Assembly: GCA_965645245.1 (NCBI GenBank)
Contig: OZ287072.1
Coordinates: 1,116,001-1,180,000, forward strand
Length of the DNA: 64,000 bases
Direction of reading: 5' to 3'
Source: Massalongia carnosa
Lineage: Eukaryota
Part shown: one piece after another, positions 39,024 to 51,611 of the stretch
How the letters are laid out: each line of letters starts with the position of its first letter
Numbering within the stretch: the stretch's first letter is position 1
Translations under genes and position numbers: made by a program
Notes under the pieces: model-generated
The model's database searches: none
The model's input: the letters and a program-made list of their open reading frames with translations, nothing else
Told to the model about the DNA's origin: nothing

Positions 39024-42000
39024 TCAATCCTGGCTATGAGATTCTCTCCTTCCAAACCTCCCCTTCAGCCTCCTCCATCTAGTCCTCTTCGCTTTCAAGA
39101 TCCCATACGCCAAGGCCCGGTAGGCAACCACGCACAAACCCAACGCCAACACACTCAGCTTTGCATCGCTCGTCAAACGATACAAGCTGAGCACCTGCTC
39201 CCCCGTCTCGATGGGGCATCTCCCATTTTCTAGGCGCTGCTGGTCCGTACATGAAAAACTTACCCCACGCAGACTGTACGCCGCCAGACTTCTTACACTC
39301 CACTTGATAGGGCTGAGGTTATTCCACGCTTGCAGGAAGGCGGGGATATCCAGGCTCATGACGCCGCCCATGACGGTGGCAACGGACATGAGTACCGAGG
39401 TGAGAGAGATGGCGAAGCCCGTGTGCCCAACCAGCGTATTGAAGGCGATGCCGACGGATTCGCCGCAGGAGACGATGGCGAACACGTTGAAGGCCGCAAG
39501 GAAGAAGACCGTAGCCGTGCGCGGAAGGCCAGTGGCGAAGACGGCCAGGAGCGCGAAGAGAAGAGAAGTGAAAATTTCAAAGGGGAGTTCGGCGAGAGTG
39601 TACTGCAGGAAGAACGCTTCGATCGAGTAGGCGTTGTCGTCATGTTCGTGGTAGAAGACTTTAAGAACTGTCAGCATAATTGGCTTGACTCGTTGATAGT
39701 GAACTTGCCTCGTTTTTCATTAGGGTAGACCTATTGGAAAAGGGGTGTCATGTAAATTCCCAAAGAGAATATCCGGATATGATGACTTACGGCTACGTTT
39801 TGAAGCATGCCGACGAAGTAAATAGCGGCAAATTGCGCGATGAAGCCTAAACGTGATTGAACGCTATAATAGTCGCTCTTCAAAGGCGCGTAGAAGAGAG
39901 TCATGATGATAGCGAAACCTAGAACCTGGGTGGTACGAGCAACTATTGAAGGAGGGTTTCGACGAAAGTTGATGAAACTACGGCGTAGGAGAAGTGGAAA
40001 GGCAATGTGAAAAGGTGTCATGGCCCGTATGAGGCTTCCAAGCTCCGCAGGAGTATCGATGTGGGAGGTGACGCGTGCGACAATAGAGCGACAGTTCTCC
40101 CACTCGACGATCAAGGAGCGGACTGTTTGCCTGCTGGCTGCTTCTTTGAGTGAATGTTGGAGGTCGACGGTGATGACATCTAGAGCAAAATCCGCAGGAT
40201 TGGTGGCGCTCGGACAGTGAAACCCTAAAGAGGCAAAATGAGGTAGCATAAGAGAAGCCTTGCCAGCATATACAGTCGAGCCACCCCTGGCTAAGAGGAG
40301 GATGCTTCCAAACTGTTTGAATAAATCGGATCGCGATTGATGAATTGTAAGGATTAGGGTTCGCCCTTCTTCTGCGAGACCTTTCAGCACATTGATGATC
40401 GAGGACGCGGTAAAAGCGTCCAAGCCAGAGGTTGGCTCATCCAAGAGCAGCACTCGAGGTTCTGTCAAGATTTGAGTGGCAATCGTCACACGCCGCTTCT
40501 CCCCTCCGCTGATACCCTTGACCAAATTGCTACCCACAAGATTGTCAGCACAATCGCGTAGCCCCATCTTCAATATGATGGATTCAGCGCGTGATATTTT
40601 CTCCTGCTTTGATAAATGGGTAGGCAGGCGGAGACTAGCCGCAAAGTGAAGATTTTCTCGGACGGTGAGATAGGGAAGGAGAGAGTCGTCATCTTGACAA
40701 ACATAGGCACAGATGGACCGCACCACTACATCGGATGGATTGGCGCCATTGAACAGCATCCTACCGCTAACTTCATACTGCGTGTTCATAGAGTTATGCA
40801 GGCGACGCGCCATAAGGTTTAATAATGACGTTTTGCCACTCCCAGAAGGTCCCATTACAATATTTAGCACACCGGGTTGAAATTGAGCTGTGATGGGCTT
40901 CAGAATCGAAATATCTGCAGAAGCTTTCCACCAAAGACGGTTACGCTTTCGAATATTCAATGTATATTCGTCTAGTTGGAGATGCACTGTTCGGACCTCA
41001 TCGAGCGAGCGCGCGGTCATGTTCTCCTTTCCGGTAGAATAGTCTATATCGGTTTTCTGGGCTCTGGAAATACCCATCTCGACTTTCCAAAATTTTAAAA
41101 TCAGACTTGCTCCCAGACTAAAAGCAACTACAAAGGCTGCAAGAATGGTAATTGGCCTTGTGATCCAGTCCAGAGGAAATCCCAGTGACTCCATGACATA
41201 TTGACCGGTGTATTGCTTGCATGCTGGGTTCGTCATGCCGCCACCAGCAGGGCAATCATAAAGATGACCTTGGGGATCTGAAGTGTGCCCAACGAATTCG
41301 TTCGCTGCGAGCCCCCCAAAGGCGTAAAACACGTAGGCTGTCCACTAGTTACCATATCAGCATTGATCGTTGCTCGTGGAGAGTGATGAGCGTACCTTCA
41401 ACCATCGCATGTAGACAGGCATTTGATTAGACTGCACAAAGTATCCACAACCAAAACTTTGGATAGTATATCCCATGTTCGCAATCAAAGAGGCGCCAGC
41501 AAAGTTTCTTGAGGCGGCGACACATACCATGGCGAAGCTTACGGCAATGTAATGGCATAACAAGGTGATCAAAAAGAAGATGAAAAATTGACTGGCGACT
41601 GCCCGAAAACCTGCCATGAAGTAAAATATGATGGAAAAGATGAATGGCACAGGAATATCCTCGATGAAGACGCGGGCCAGGCGGCGACTGATGAGAAAAG
41701 AGAGAACACCAACAACGCCTTCGCCATACTCCCGGTCAAAGAGCTCAATATCTAGCGTCAGCCGATATACCTCGAATAAAAGAATAAGATAGCTTTGAAG
41801 GGAAGCAGCAGAGTAGAGAGCGCCCTCTCTACTGCGAAGACCAGATAGACTACCATCAAGAGATAGGAAGATCCATCCCATGATAACCCCCATACTCGTG
41901 GCTTCTATGAGACTTGCTGCCACTCCCATTGGGTCTCTAATTGTCACTTTCCATGTCCTTGCGGTCAGAACTCTCACCTGACGGGTAAGCATGGAGCGAC

Positions 42001-43087
42001 GGTTATTGAGAGTAGTGGAATGTTTCGCTTCTTGTGCATCGGATGATTTTTCAGGCTGCGATATCTGTTTATTTGAAATTGTCCTCCAAGCTCGCTTCAA
42101 GCTTTCGACCCGGATAGAAGAAGCAGCTTCAAGCTCTATAGAACAAGTGTCAACGGCAGCTAAATCGATGAGATGCTCAGCAGGATTGACAAAAGGTGGT
42201 AGTGGGTATCCGAGATCTTGAAAATAGGGCAAACATTCCGCTACCGATCCACTATAAATTGGCGAGCCTCCTGTAAGTAGAAGCAGCCGATCGAACAAGC
42301 CCCAGATCTCAGACCTTGGTTGATGAATAGTAACGATGATGGTACGGCCTTTTCCTGCCAGCATTTTCAAAGTCCGTATCAGCTGAAAGGCGCTCGTGGC
42401 ATCAAGACCGGTGGTAACCTCGTCGAGAAATAAGATAGATGGATTGGCCAACATCTGAACGCCCAAGCTTGTTCGTCGTTTCTCCCCACCAGAACACCCC
42501 TTGTGGAAACTGTTTCCTATCCGGGTGTTGGCACATTCCTTGAGACCAAGCTCCAGGATGACATCTTCGACGATTCGATGCCTTTCTTTGGAAGTAGTAG
42601 GCGGTGGAAGGCGTAGTTCCGCCGCGTACAGCAAAGTCTCTCGAACTGTTAGAGTAGGTGGCAATACATCCTGTTGCATGACATAAGCGCTGCAGACGCT
42701 GGTCAGTTTTGGATTCCCGTTGTAGAGTACTGTGCCGGACGTGCTAAGTCTCCTGTCCTTCATCCTATGAGACATGCTGTTCAACAAGGATGTCTTTCCG
42801 CTCCCAGAGCCACCAAGAATGGCCGTTAGACTTCCACTCGGCATGGAAGCGCTCACACCATCGACAATCGATTTGTATTGCTGGTCATGCTGCCCCTTGC
42901 TCCCCATTAACGAGGCTTTGCATGCCGAGAAAGCGTTCGGCGAGACATCAATTTGCAGAGAAAGATTATTGACTTCGATATTGACTGCAGCAACCGCTCG
43001 TAAAGAAAGACTAGCTATCTCCGGTTCATCGCCATGGGGTGCGACGGTGGCTAGCTCACTCGCTGCCCCGTTGTCCCTCTCCATCAT
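39024..43087 (-). CDS. Full-size ABCG transporter (NBD-TMD)2, YOL075C-like
   Basis: Two Walker A motifs (GGSGSGKTS, GPSGSGKTS), signatures CSGGEKRR and ISGGEKRR, Walker B LDEVTTGLD and LDEPTSGLD. Introns 41345-41395, 39731-39790 and 39659-39708 (GC-AG). Start codon uncertain (43132, 43087 or 43084). Confidence 0.93.
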
Positions 43088-43544
43088 CCCCAAGTGTTGC
43101 AAGGAAAGTAAAGAACGAAAGCATGAGGACACATTTCTAAACTACCTGCCTTGGTACCTACTGTACGTGGTATCATGACGAAGGTTTCTTTCTACACAGA
43201 GTAAAGGATCCGATGAAACTAGGGCTAGTTGTCTGTTTTTCCTATTGAGGTGCGGAGGATGACGGAAGCTCGACCAATGATTCGATTGTTTCTTAAAGAC
43301 AATTGGGTAATTACTAACTAGGGCTAGATGAACTCGTTAACTTAACGACGTCACGTCAGTGTTAGGCAGGTTTTAATGAACTATAAATCCTCTTCGCGGA
43401 CTTCGTTTCTCCATTTACTACGCTCGATCATCTCCTACATCTCATGATGCTTGTTACTCTATGGCACTTCCTCTAATCTATGCCTGCGTCCATCGATCTT
43501 CTGTTTTGAGTCCGTGCATCCCGTAAAGCTGCCTTTTCCAGAAG

Positions 43545-44110
43545 GTAGCTTGGATTTCAGCGTCTGTAAAAATAAGAAGGCCTCATTCGCTCTTTGATAG
43601 GACTCCAACATTTCCAGTTCGAAATGATCCACTACTGATTTTCACTTACACACCTCATGCTGTAGTCGTTGAACATTTGCTTGAGCAGCTTGCATTATCC
43701 CGTTCAATTGTACGACCTTCTCCTTGGCGCGCCGGTTCGATGCAGACCTTGCGCCTGTCTCTTGTTTCCATTTGGTTTAGTTCATGCTTTAATCTTGCAT
43801 CGCCGGCTTGTGAATTTTCGATTCTTGCGGGTAGTTTTGAGCGGGCTGTTTTTTAGATTAGCATGATGCTGCACTAACAGTATGATGAAAAGCTCCCTAC
43901 TTTTTGCTGGTATGGCGTCAAATGTTACATTAAATCCTTAACATTATTTCATATACGCTTTGATTAGATGCGTACTCAAATCTTGGCTGAATGGGTTCAA
44001 GAATGGCTCATCTACCAAGCCCCCCCAATAGCTCTCCTCTAGCAATAGCGTATTTCTTTCCCAATGGCGGAGAGGCCTTGCTATTCTCGGTCGTCTATTT
44101 CATCTTCTGA
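43545..44110 (-). pseudogene. Possible decayed coiled-coil protein gene with a relic intron
   Basis: Coding-like fragments (GKKYAIARGELLGGLVDEPFLNPF; ARLKHELNQME; VVQLNGIMQAAQANVQRLQHEV) with stops and a frameshift. Intron-like segment 43846-43900 (GTAGGG...GCTAAT...CAG). Confidence 0.35.
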
Positions 44111-45349
44111 GCTCCGGATGATCTCTGGCATCTCCGGCTTAATATTTGGACCAAACCTTGACGGATAAGACCAAGCGAAGGAATATACTCCTATTGTAGA
44201 GTCGGAGTTACATTTACCACCAATGCAATGTTCCCACTAGGAAAAACTGCGCCCAATCTTCAGTCATCCCTTTACTTCTCCTCCCCATCTACCTTAAACT
44301 ATTTATCCTTTGATAGCTCCTTTACTTTCAGCTTCCCTCTCCAATCTATTACTAGATAGTCCCATGGAGTTCCTTATCCTCCATGCAGACTTCCCTTCCC
44401 GTCATCCTGCGGAATCTCTTGCATGAGGTGCAGAATAGCCGTAACGGTCTTCGGGCTAGCAGTTTCTTTGTATTTCACGGGGAATGGATCGAAATATTGA
44501 AACTGCCGCTTAAGGATCTCCAACCCGTGGCCAAATGCCAGTTACGGTGTTTCACGGCGCTTGCATGCCCCCTTTTGGATTTGTCCACATAGGGCGCTCC
44601 AGCCGGCTTACCTTCTTTGGCATATTTAGAATCTGCAGGTAATGTGCCACCGAGATCGCCAAGCTAAACGTCTGAAAACCGTGTATCGTCTTTTCTGTAG
44701 CTCATGACGATATTCCCAAGTTTAACGTCTTCCATCTTAGATATAGCAAGACTCCAGGGGGGAAATCAAGCACATAGCTTATCTATGTGTACATAAATAT
44801 CTTCATGGATCACCTTCAACGCTTCAACTATCCGTCTTAAGACGTAATTTAAGTTCTCGGCTCAGAGTCTCTTAATTGATATGCCTAGTGGGTGGTCCTT
44901 GAGATAACTCAAGACAATGGTTGGAAAGCTAGACTGATCTTCAACCTTATCGATTAATCGCCGTGAGTAAGGACTCTGGTCCTCCTGGAAACGTCAAAGG
45001 ACATCCCGTTCATGCTCTACACGAGGGTGTCTATGAACGCTTTTGAATAACTTCGGCCTGATTTCTATGGAAAGTGCGTTACAGTCTATTTAAACTGGGT
45101 ATTAGATTCCATGAACTTACGTTGCAAACTAGACAGTAACCTAGACTTCTTTTGTATTGCCTCGAAGTACTTGTCCTAGTCGAAAAGTGAGGTTGACATG
45201 AAGAAGCCGTCAAGCACGTAGTAGATACAAACGAGAGGGCCATTTTGGAGGGAAAGCAACCTTGGGAGACAGATCACTGGAGATTATGCGAGAGCTACCA
45301 AAAACAAAACATGACAATGATTTGCTGAGGGTATCACAGTAAAAGCAAA

Positions 45350-46333
45350 ATGGCACCCTCACTATCCTTCCTCCCAGGAAATCAACTTACAATCCCCAAC
45401 GGCCTCACTGCCGACCAACTAGCTTCCTACCACGAAAACGGCTACCTCCTACTGCCCCACTCCCTCGATCTCTCCACCATTTCCGCCCTCCTCGCCGAAA
45501 CAAACCACCTCCTTGCCACCTTCCCTCTCTCCACTCACCCCCTAACGAAATTCACCACCGGCGAATTCTCCTCGCCGTCCCCGCACGTCAGTGATGACTA
45601 CTTCCTCACCAGCTCCGACAAAATTCGCTTCTTCCTTGAACCCGCTGCCTTCGACCCCACCACCAACCACCTCTCCCGCCCTCCTCACCAAGCCGTCAAC
45701 AAAATCGGGCACTACCTGCACGAGCTCTCGCCCGTGTTCCGCGCCGCCACCCTCACTCCCCCGCACGCGGCCATCGCGCGCGCCCTGGGCTTCCACGACC
45801 CTCGCGTGCTACAGAGCATGGTGATCTGCAAGCAGGCCGGGATCGGAGGCGCGGTGCCCCCGCATCAGGACAGCACGTTTCTGTACACGGATCCGCCAAG
45901 CGCGGTGGGGTTCTGGATCGCGCTGGAAGACGCGGGGGGTGAGAACGGTGGATTAAGTTTTGCGCGGGGGTCACATCGGCGGGTAGGAGTGCGGAAGCGG
46001 TTCGTGAGGACGGGAGGGGGGGTAAGTGGGACGGAGTTTGTGGAAGTGGATGGGAGGAGGTTTCCCGAGGGGGAGGGAAACGGGGAAGGGGGTAGGCGGG
46101 CGTTAGGAGAAGGAGAAGGGAAGGGGGATGCAGAAGCGGAGGAATACACACTCGAGGAAGTCCGGGCGGGAACCCTGGTACTCATCCATGGCAACCTCCT
46201 CCATAAAAGCGAATGTAACCTGAGCGGGAAAAGCCGATTCATCTACACCTTCCACGTCATCGAGGGGGAGCACCAGTACGATAGGCGGAACTGGCTGCAG
46301 CCGCCGGAAAAGGGATTCTCCAGATTATACTAG
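45350..46333 (+). CDS. Phytanoyl-CoA dioxygenase family (PHYHD1-like) Fe(II)/2OG dioxygenase
   Basis: YHENGYL, NKIGHYLH, QSMVICKQAGIGGAVPPHQDSTFL (HxD), LVLIHGNLLHKS...SRFIYTFH. Confidence 0.92.
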   Translation: MAPSLSFLPGNQLTIPNGLTADQLASYHENGYLLLPHSLDLSTISALLAETNHLLATFPLSTHPLTKFTTGEFSSPSPHVSDDYFLTSSDKIRFFLEPAAFDPTTNHLSRPPHQAVNKIGHYLHELSPVFRAATLTPPHAAIARALGFHDPRVLQSMVICKQAGIGGAVPPHQDSTFLYTDPPSAVGFWIALEDAGGENGGLSFARGSHRRVGVRKRFVRTGGGVSGTEFVEVDGRRFPEGEGNGEGGRRALGEGEGKGDAEAEEYTLEEVRAGTLVLIHGNLLHKSECNLSGKSRFIYTFHVIEGEHQYDRRNWLQPPEKGFSRLY

Positions 46334-47533
46334 TTTTTACAATGTACTTTGTATGTATTGGGGTGGGGAAGGGAAGGAAATGGCAGTGACTCGTATGTTG
46401 TCGAGCTTCTTTCTTCATTTACCCTTGCAGATACGAAGGCGAACAGACAGGACTCGGGTTTTCTCGCGTAGAAGGTGACCTATGCAGGTGCTTTGGAGAT
46501 ATCAAACACTAGTCCCTTTGCTATCTCATCCTCACCCATATATATTCTGTTTTCCCTTTACCCAACTAGACAGCCTACCACTCATCAATCTCCTCACCCC
46601 CACCCTGTTTTCCCTTTTCTCTTCACCTCCCGTACCCCAATCCTCCAACTCAACCCAACCAAACGACATAACATACCCATTAATCAACCCCCCTCCAAAA
46701 ACCAACAAGTAATCCGACTTCCTCACTCTCCTTAATATCATCTTTCGTATTAGAAACCCACGCAACCGCGCACTTACCCTAAGAGAAGGAAAGAGATTTG
46801 CGAGATTGTAAAATGGAAGTCAGGGGGTGAAAGAATGGAAGTAAGTAGAGAAATAGAGAAGGGGGAAGGGAAGCAAACAAGCATGTATGTAGAAAGCCAT
46901 GAGAAAATGGGAGGGGAAAGGTAAGAAGAATAGGTATAGAAGACCTACCAACAAAGCAGAAACTCGACAATGGCTCATAAGATACACATCCCTCCCCCCT
47001 GCGTCTCCCAACAGAAAAAAACCCCAAAAGGAAACCTAGCAACTTCAAAAGAACCACTAAAGGTCCGAAAACAATCCTATGGTTTAGTCGGAGGCCGAAA
47101 GAAGGTTGGCTAACAGAAGGTTAAAGTATAGATAGGTGGGTAGGAACTACTAAAACCCCTAAAAAGCGAGGAGAATAGAACAACCAAGTAAAAATAAGCG
47201 TATTCTGGAAGGGAAAGGGAAGACGCCAGGTGGGCGGCTTGTGCCTAGACTAAACATATATAGATAGTTATGCGCTCTCAAGTTTGTTCCACTCCAGCTT
47301 GTATATTTATATAATAGGTATATCAAAGGCGCAGAGGAGTTGATGTGCGTTCTCAGCATCTTAGGGAAAGAGAGGAAAGGCTTGAGGTGCAAAGAAAGGC
47401 ATCAATACGGCATATGCACAGGAGCATAGCACCATTGCAAACAAGAATGTGCACCAATAATTTTCATAGCGATTCCCTTAGCAAACATAGCTAATGAATC
47501 CAGCAAAGCAATAAGCAAGAGGGCAGAAAAGAT

Positions 47534-47635
47534 ATAATCATTGCATCTCACTCAGCAGTTAAAAGACATAATCATTGCATCTCACTCAGCAGTTAAAAGA
47601 CATAATCATTGCATCTCACTCAGCAGTTAAAAGAC
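47534..47635. repeat. Perfect 34-bp minisatellite x3
   Basis: ATAATCATTGCATCTCACTCAGCAGTTAAAAGAC at 47534, 47568 and 47602. Confidence 0.95.
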
Positions 47636-47765
47636 AGTTAAGCCCTCCCTTTTCAATCTTCGTCTATTATCGTCTCGGTTCCAACATTCCTATCCACCTG
47701 ACAATCTGCCCTGCTTTCCACTCAAATCAACCCATTTTGCACCGGATTTATCATGCCGTTGTACG

Positions 47766-50596
47766 TTACTTCTTACCGTTAGGTGCCTCCATGCTAAATT
47801 CATCGTCACTAGCGTTGAGCAACTCGTACTCTTCGTCAGTCAAGAATCCGTCATCAATATCGTCTTCATCGTCTAATCCTAAATTCTCGACATCTTCGAG
47901 CAGCTCGGTTTCTTCGGATGCGATAGCTGCAGGGGCGGTCTCAACTTCATGAGTACTGGAGACTGGAGATTCTTTGTCGAGCTGGGGGAAGATCATCTGG
48001 CTCTGGGATTGTTCTCCCACGACTTCACACTTGACCTCCTTTGCCACATCCTCAATATGCTCCGTCTTGATCTCAGGATCAGACACGGGCATAGGAGCAC
48101 GCACGTTGATATCACACCAGAGCTTGTGACCAAATGACATGCTATCTGCGGCCTTGAGGCGCCAGTAGGAAATCCATTTACCTTCGTGCTCTGGGGTTCT
48201 CATCATAACAGCAAAGTCAACTTCCTCATCGACCTTAACAACACGATTGATGACATTGCTTCCAGTAGCTTTGATAATGTCGTTACTGCTCGATGGATGA
48301 TTTGAATCAACGTCAAACATAGCATCACCACCAATGAACCGAAGACTGCAACCTGCCGGCCATGCATGAGGTCCTGGGTTTCGAAGGGTCCATACTTGCT
48401 TAAATCGAATACCAGGAGCAAGTACTGACCCGTCGGCAACAGTATCACGGATGAAATTGGCTTGAAGCGTGGAAATGGTTGCAGGTCTGGCTGGTATAGG
48501 GTTTGCTACCTCCTTCACGATTTCAATGGGCTTCAGTTCAGCAACGGTCTGGACCTGTGTAGCAGCGTTATTAGATTTAACGGCTGGAGTTGTCTCTGTT
48601 GATTTAGAGCTTGTCTGTGGCAAGATATCTCCCATGGGACGCATTTGCTCGCCATTGTCTTTCTCTCCTAAAGTAGTGACAGAGACGTTTCGAACCGGGG
48701 TTCTGAATTTAATCAGGGGGTGGGTACGGTTGTGGCATTGTGTAGGCAAAGCCTCGCAGTTGGAGCAGAAATTGGTGTCATGGCAGACAGCGCACTTGTA
48801 TCGATCGCCCACAATAAAAGAATGAACTCCTTTACCCTGGCACAAAGGACCGTCGCAGTGTACACCATAGTGACGTTGCGTGCGTTGGGAGATGTTCTGG
48901 ATGGGCTCGACCAGTGGAATAAAGCGATGCCCTGGATGTTCTTGACGAGCGGACTTGATGCAGGCAGAGCAGTAATCCCAATCGGGACAATTCATACACT
49001 TATTACGAACACCATAGATATCCTATATCTTCATTAGATATTTAAGGCAGTTCACAGGAAACGAAACAGCAATGACTGAACATACCTTATCGCAACCGTC
49101 ACAAATTGCAAAGTGACGCATGTTACGGCCAGGAGCGCAGAGATTGAGCGCCATCGTATCGAGTATTGTCTTTTTGGATGCAGGTTCAAGGGCGTGGCCG
49201 GGATGATGTCCATGCTTCATGCTAACATGGCAAGGAATACAAAGGTCGTAATCGTCGCACACGGTACAAGTAACAAAGTTGGTTTCGCTAAAGACTTTAC
49301 AAAGGTTAACAGCATCGCTGAGGAACGTATTGATAAGAGCCTTACCTCCAACACAGGAATTGCATGTACGGCTCTCTTCAACAGACTCAGAAACCTGCTC
49401 TTCCTTTTTGTCAGGAGCGGCAAAGGCACCAGGTACTTCCTTCTCAGGTTCAGACTTAGTGACCTTGACAGGAGCAATTCGTTCCGTGGTACTGTTGATG
49501 ACCTTGCCGTTCTGCACAAACCTTTTGATCAACCAATGATTTGCGGCGTCGCAAAGCACCCCTTGTTCAACGCATTCAGCACAGAGATCAAAATCACCAT
49601 CATCGCAGATACTACAATGCCAATGAGCATCAGGAATGGCCATATCGCAATGGTTGCAGCAAATTGTAAACGTAGTGCCCGGGACAGGGAACTCCTGGTC
49701 TGCGCTACGGAGCAAAACTGGGCGATCCCTTACCATACTTGCTAGCTCGGAGTAGAAGTGTTCACGAGCAGAGAAGAACCCAGGCACTGGTGCTTCACCG
49801 TCACCAACAGGTTTAACGGCTTGCTTTGTTGACTCGGCGGGGGTGCCAATCGTCGTTTCGGGTGAAGCTTTAGGGGTAAGCACGATAGGGGCACAGCACT
49901 TCTGGGATTTCTGAGCCGATTCATGTCGAATATTAATGGCGTGAGCATGGCGCAACCTTTGAGTTTTCGTAGCAAGCAAATCAATACGCGGCTTAGCAGG
50001 AGCCGAATAGGGTGTGATGGAACTAGTATTAGCAGCAGCAGCTGTAGGAAAAGTCGTAATCCCGACACTTGTGGAACTGGGATCCATTGGGGGAATATAG
50101 CGATGCGAGGTAAGGCGATCCACAGAGAGTAAATCTATCTGGGCAATATCGAGCACTGGCATTTCCGCAACGGTTACCTTGATACGAAGCTTGAGCTTAG
50201 CTTTGGCAGCGCGGTAAAGCTGCTTGTAAATCGAAGAGTTGTTGTTATCAAGGGTAACATAAGTCCCCGCACTATCTGAAAACCGCTCGAAGAGTACATC
50301 CTGAGTAGCTGGAATAGCGAGGAGCTGACGAAGCTATAATATGCACGATTAGCACCATCGTTATAACAGCAAGAGCCCGATATAAGAATCCGATCACATT
50401 GGATGATAAATGATCAGATTCTGATCAAAAGATGGTGCGGCTGGGCTGTGAAACATACCTTGTCGGGGAAGGTAAACGCTCCGAGATCTCTCATCGGAAG
50501 CTTAAAACGCTTATTCTCTGTTGTCTCCCCATTGCTTAAGGCTATCTTGATGGTTATGAGGGTTTCTGGTGATGGAGTGGGGTTGATGGTCGACAT
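47766..50596 (-). CDS. NBR1: NBR1-like selective autophagy receptor (PB1-like, 4 ZZ fingers, FW domain, acidic LIR tail)
   Basis: Four ZZ Cys/His clusters, FW domain (FKQVWTLRNPGPHAWPAG...ISYWRL...KLWCDI) and C-terminal DEEYELL. Introns 50334-50458, 49295-49345 and 49023-49085. Confidence 0.88.
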
Positions 50597-50964
50597 TGTT
50601 AGATCGATTGGTTTTGCCAGCGGGTGACAAATGACAGCCTCACGCTCGAATAAAAAATGGAGATTTGGCACCAGATGTGCTATGAGATTAGTGCTTGATG
50701 AAGTTGAAGTTTTGATTATTTATTGTTGATCATGCAGAATGCAAGAGGATGAAGATAATTGTACTCTGTAAGTGCGAGATGATGAGAAGGGTGAAGGGTG
50801 AGGTAGGTTGGTAGGTTGGATGAAGACGGATATGAGGGGCTCCCGGCTTTCGTACTCGCTGTAGCCTGTAGCGAAACGCGCTAACAACGTATTTATCAAC
50901 TATCCACCTAGATATTTTACGAGATAGGTAGTTTCTAATGGTAAGTTATGGTAACATTTAAGAA

Positions 50965-51035
50965 ATATCCGTGCCACCCACATCGCTCGGGTCGCCTAAG
51001 CGAGGCGACCCGAGCGATGTGGGTGGCACGGATAT
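50965..51035. repeat. Perfect inverted repeat, 33-bp arms with 5-nt loop
   Basis: ATATCCGTGCCACCCACATCGCTCGGGTCGCCT-AAGCG-AGGCGACCCGAGCGATGTGGGTGGCACGGATAT. Confidence 0.95.
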
Positions 51036-51611
51036 CGTTTTCCTGGTTTCAATCATGAATGTTACAGTCTACATATCAATTCATGCCGAAATTGCAACGT
51101 ATCCGTAGTACCAACCTTTCCTTGCCATTCACGATGGAAATCAACTAGCATTGGTTTGGGAGACTCCTGCTATCCAGCAAAATTCAAAGTTCAAAACTGG
51201 TTCAGCAAAGAATGAATCTTCTCCACCCCACGCCACAAGTATGGCAAACAATGCTTCTTGTACCCAGGAAAATGATATTAGGCATAGTCCAATAATCAAA
51301 TTGGTCCCTATGTATTCTTACGCAAGAGGCGATGTTAGAACACAAACATGAAGTAGGGCGAATGGATCGCTCTTTGACTAAGTGCCCCGCAATATGAGAT
51401 CCAACAAGCCTCAAGGTAGAGCTATAGAGAATCCCCCCTGGATAAACGCCAGAAAAAGAAACCCAAAAATTTTTATGAACAACATGGAGACACCAATTAC
51501 AACAGTCAGAATGACACACCTGAAAATGCACTGGAGAGCACGCTAAATAAGCAAGACTAGGCAACTAAAAATTCAAAATTCATACCGGAAAAGATGCTTC
51601 GGAGTCTATCC

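Noticed and set aside
43882..43990. ATGATGA...CTGA, a C/D snoRNA-like pair
   Set aside because: No terminal stem or recognisable rRNA antisense element.
46319..46333. SRL near the PhyH C-terminus as a PTS1
   Set aside because: It is followed by Tyr, and the readthrough extension gives no PTS1.
47534..47635. CRISPR-like 34-bp repeats
   Set aside because: No spacers, eukaryotic context and no cas genes.
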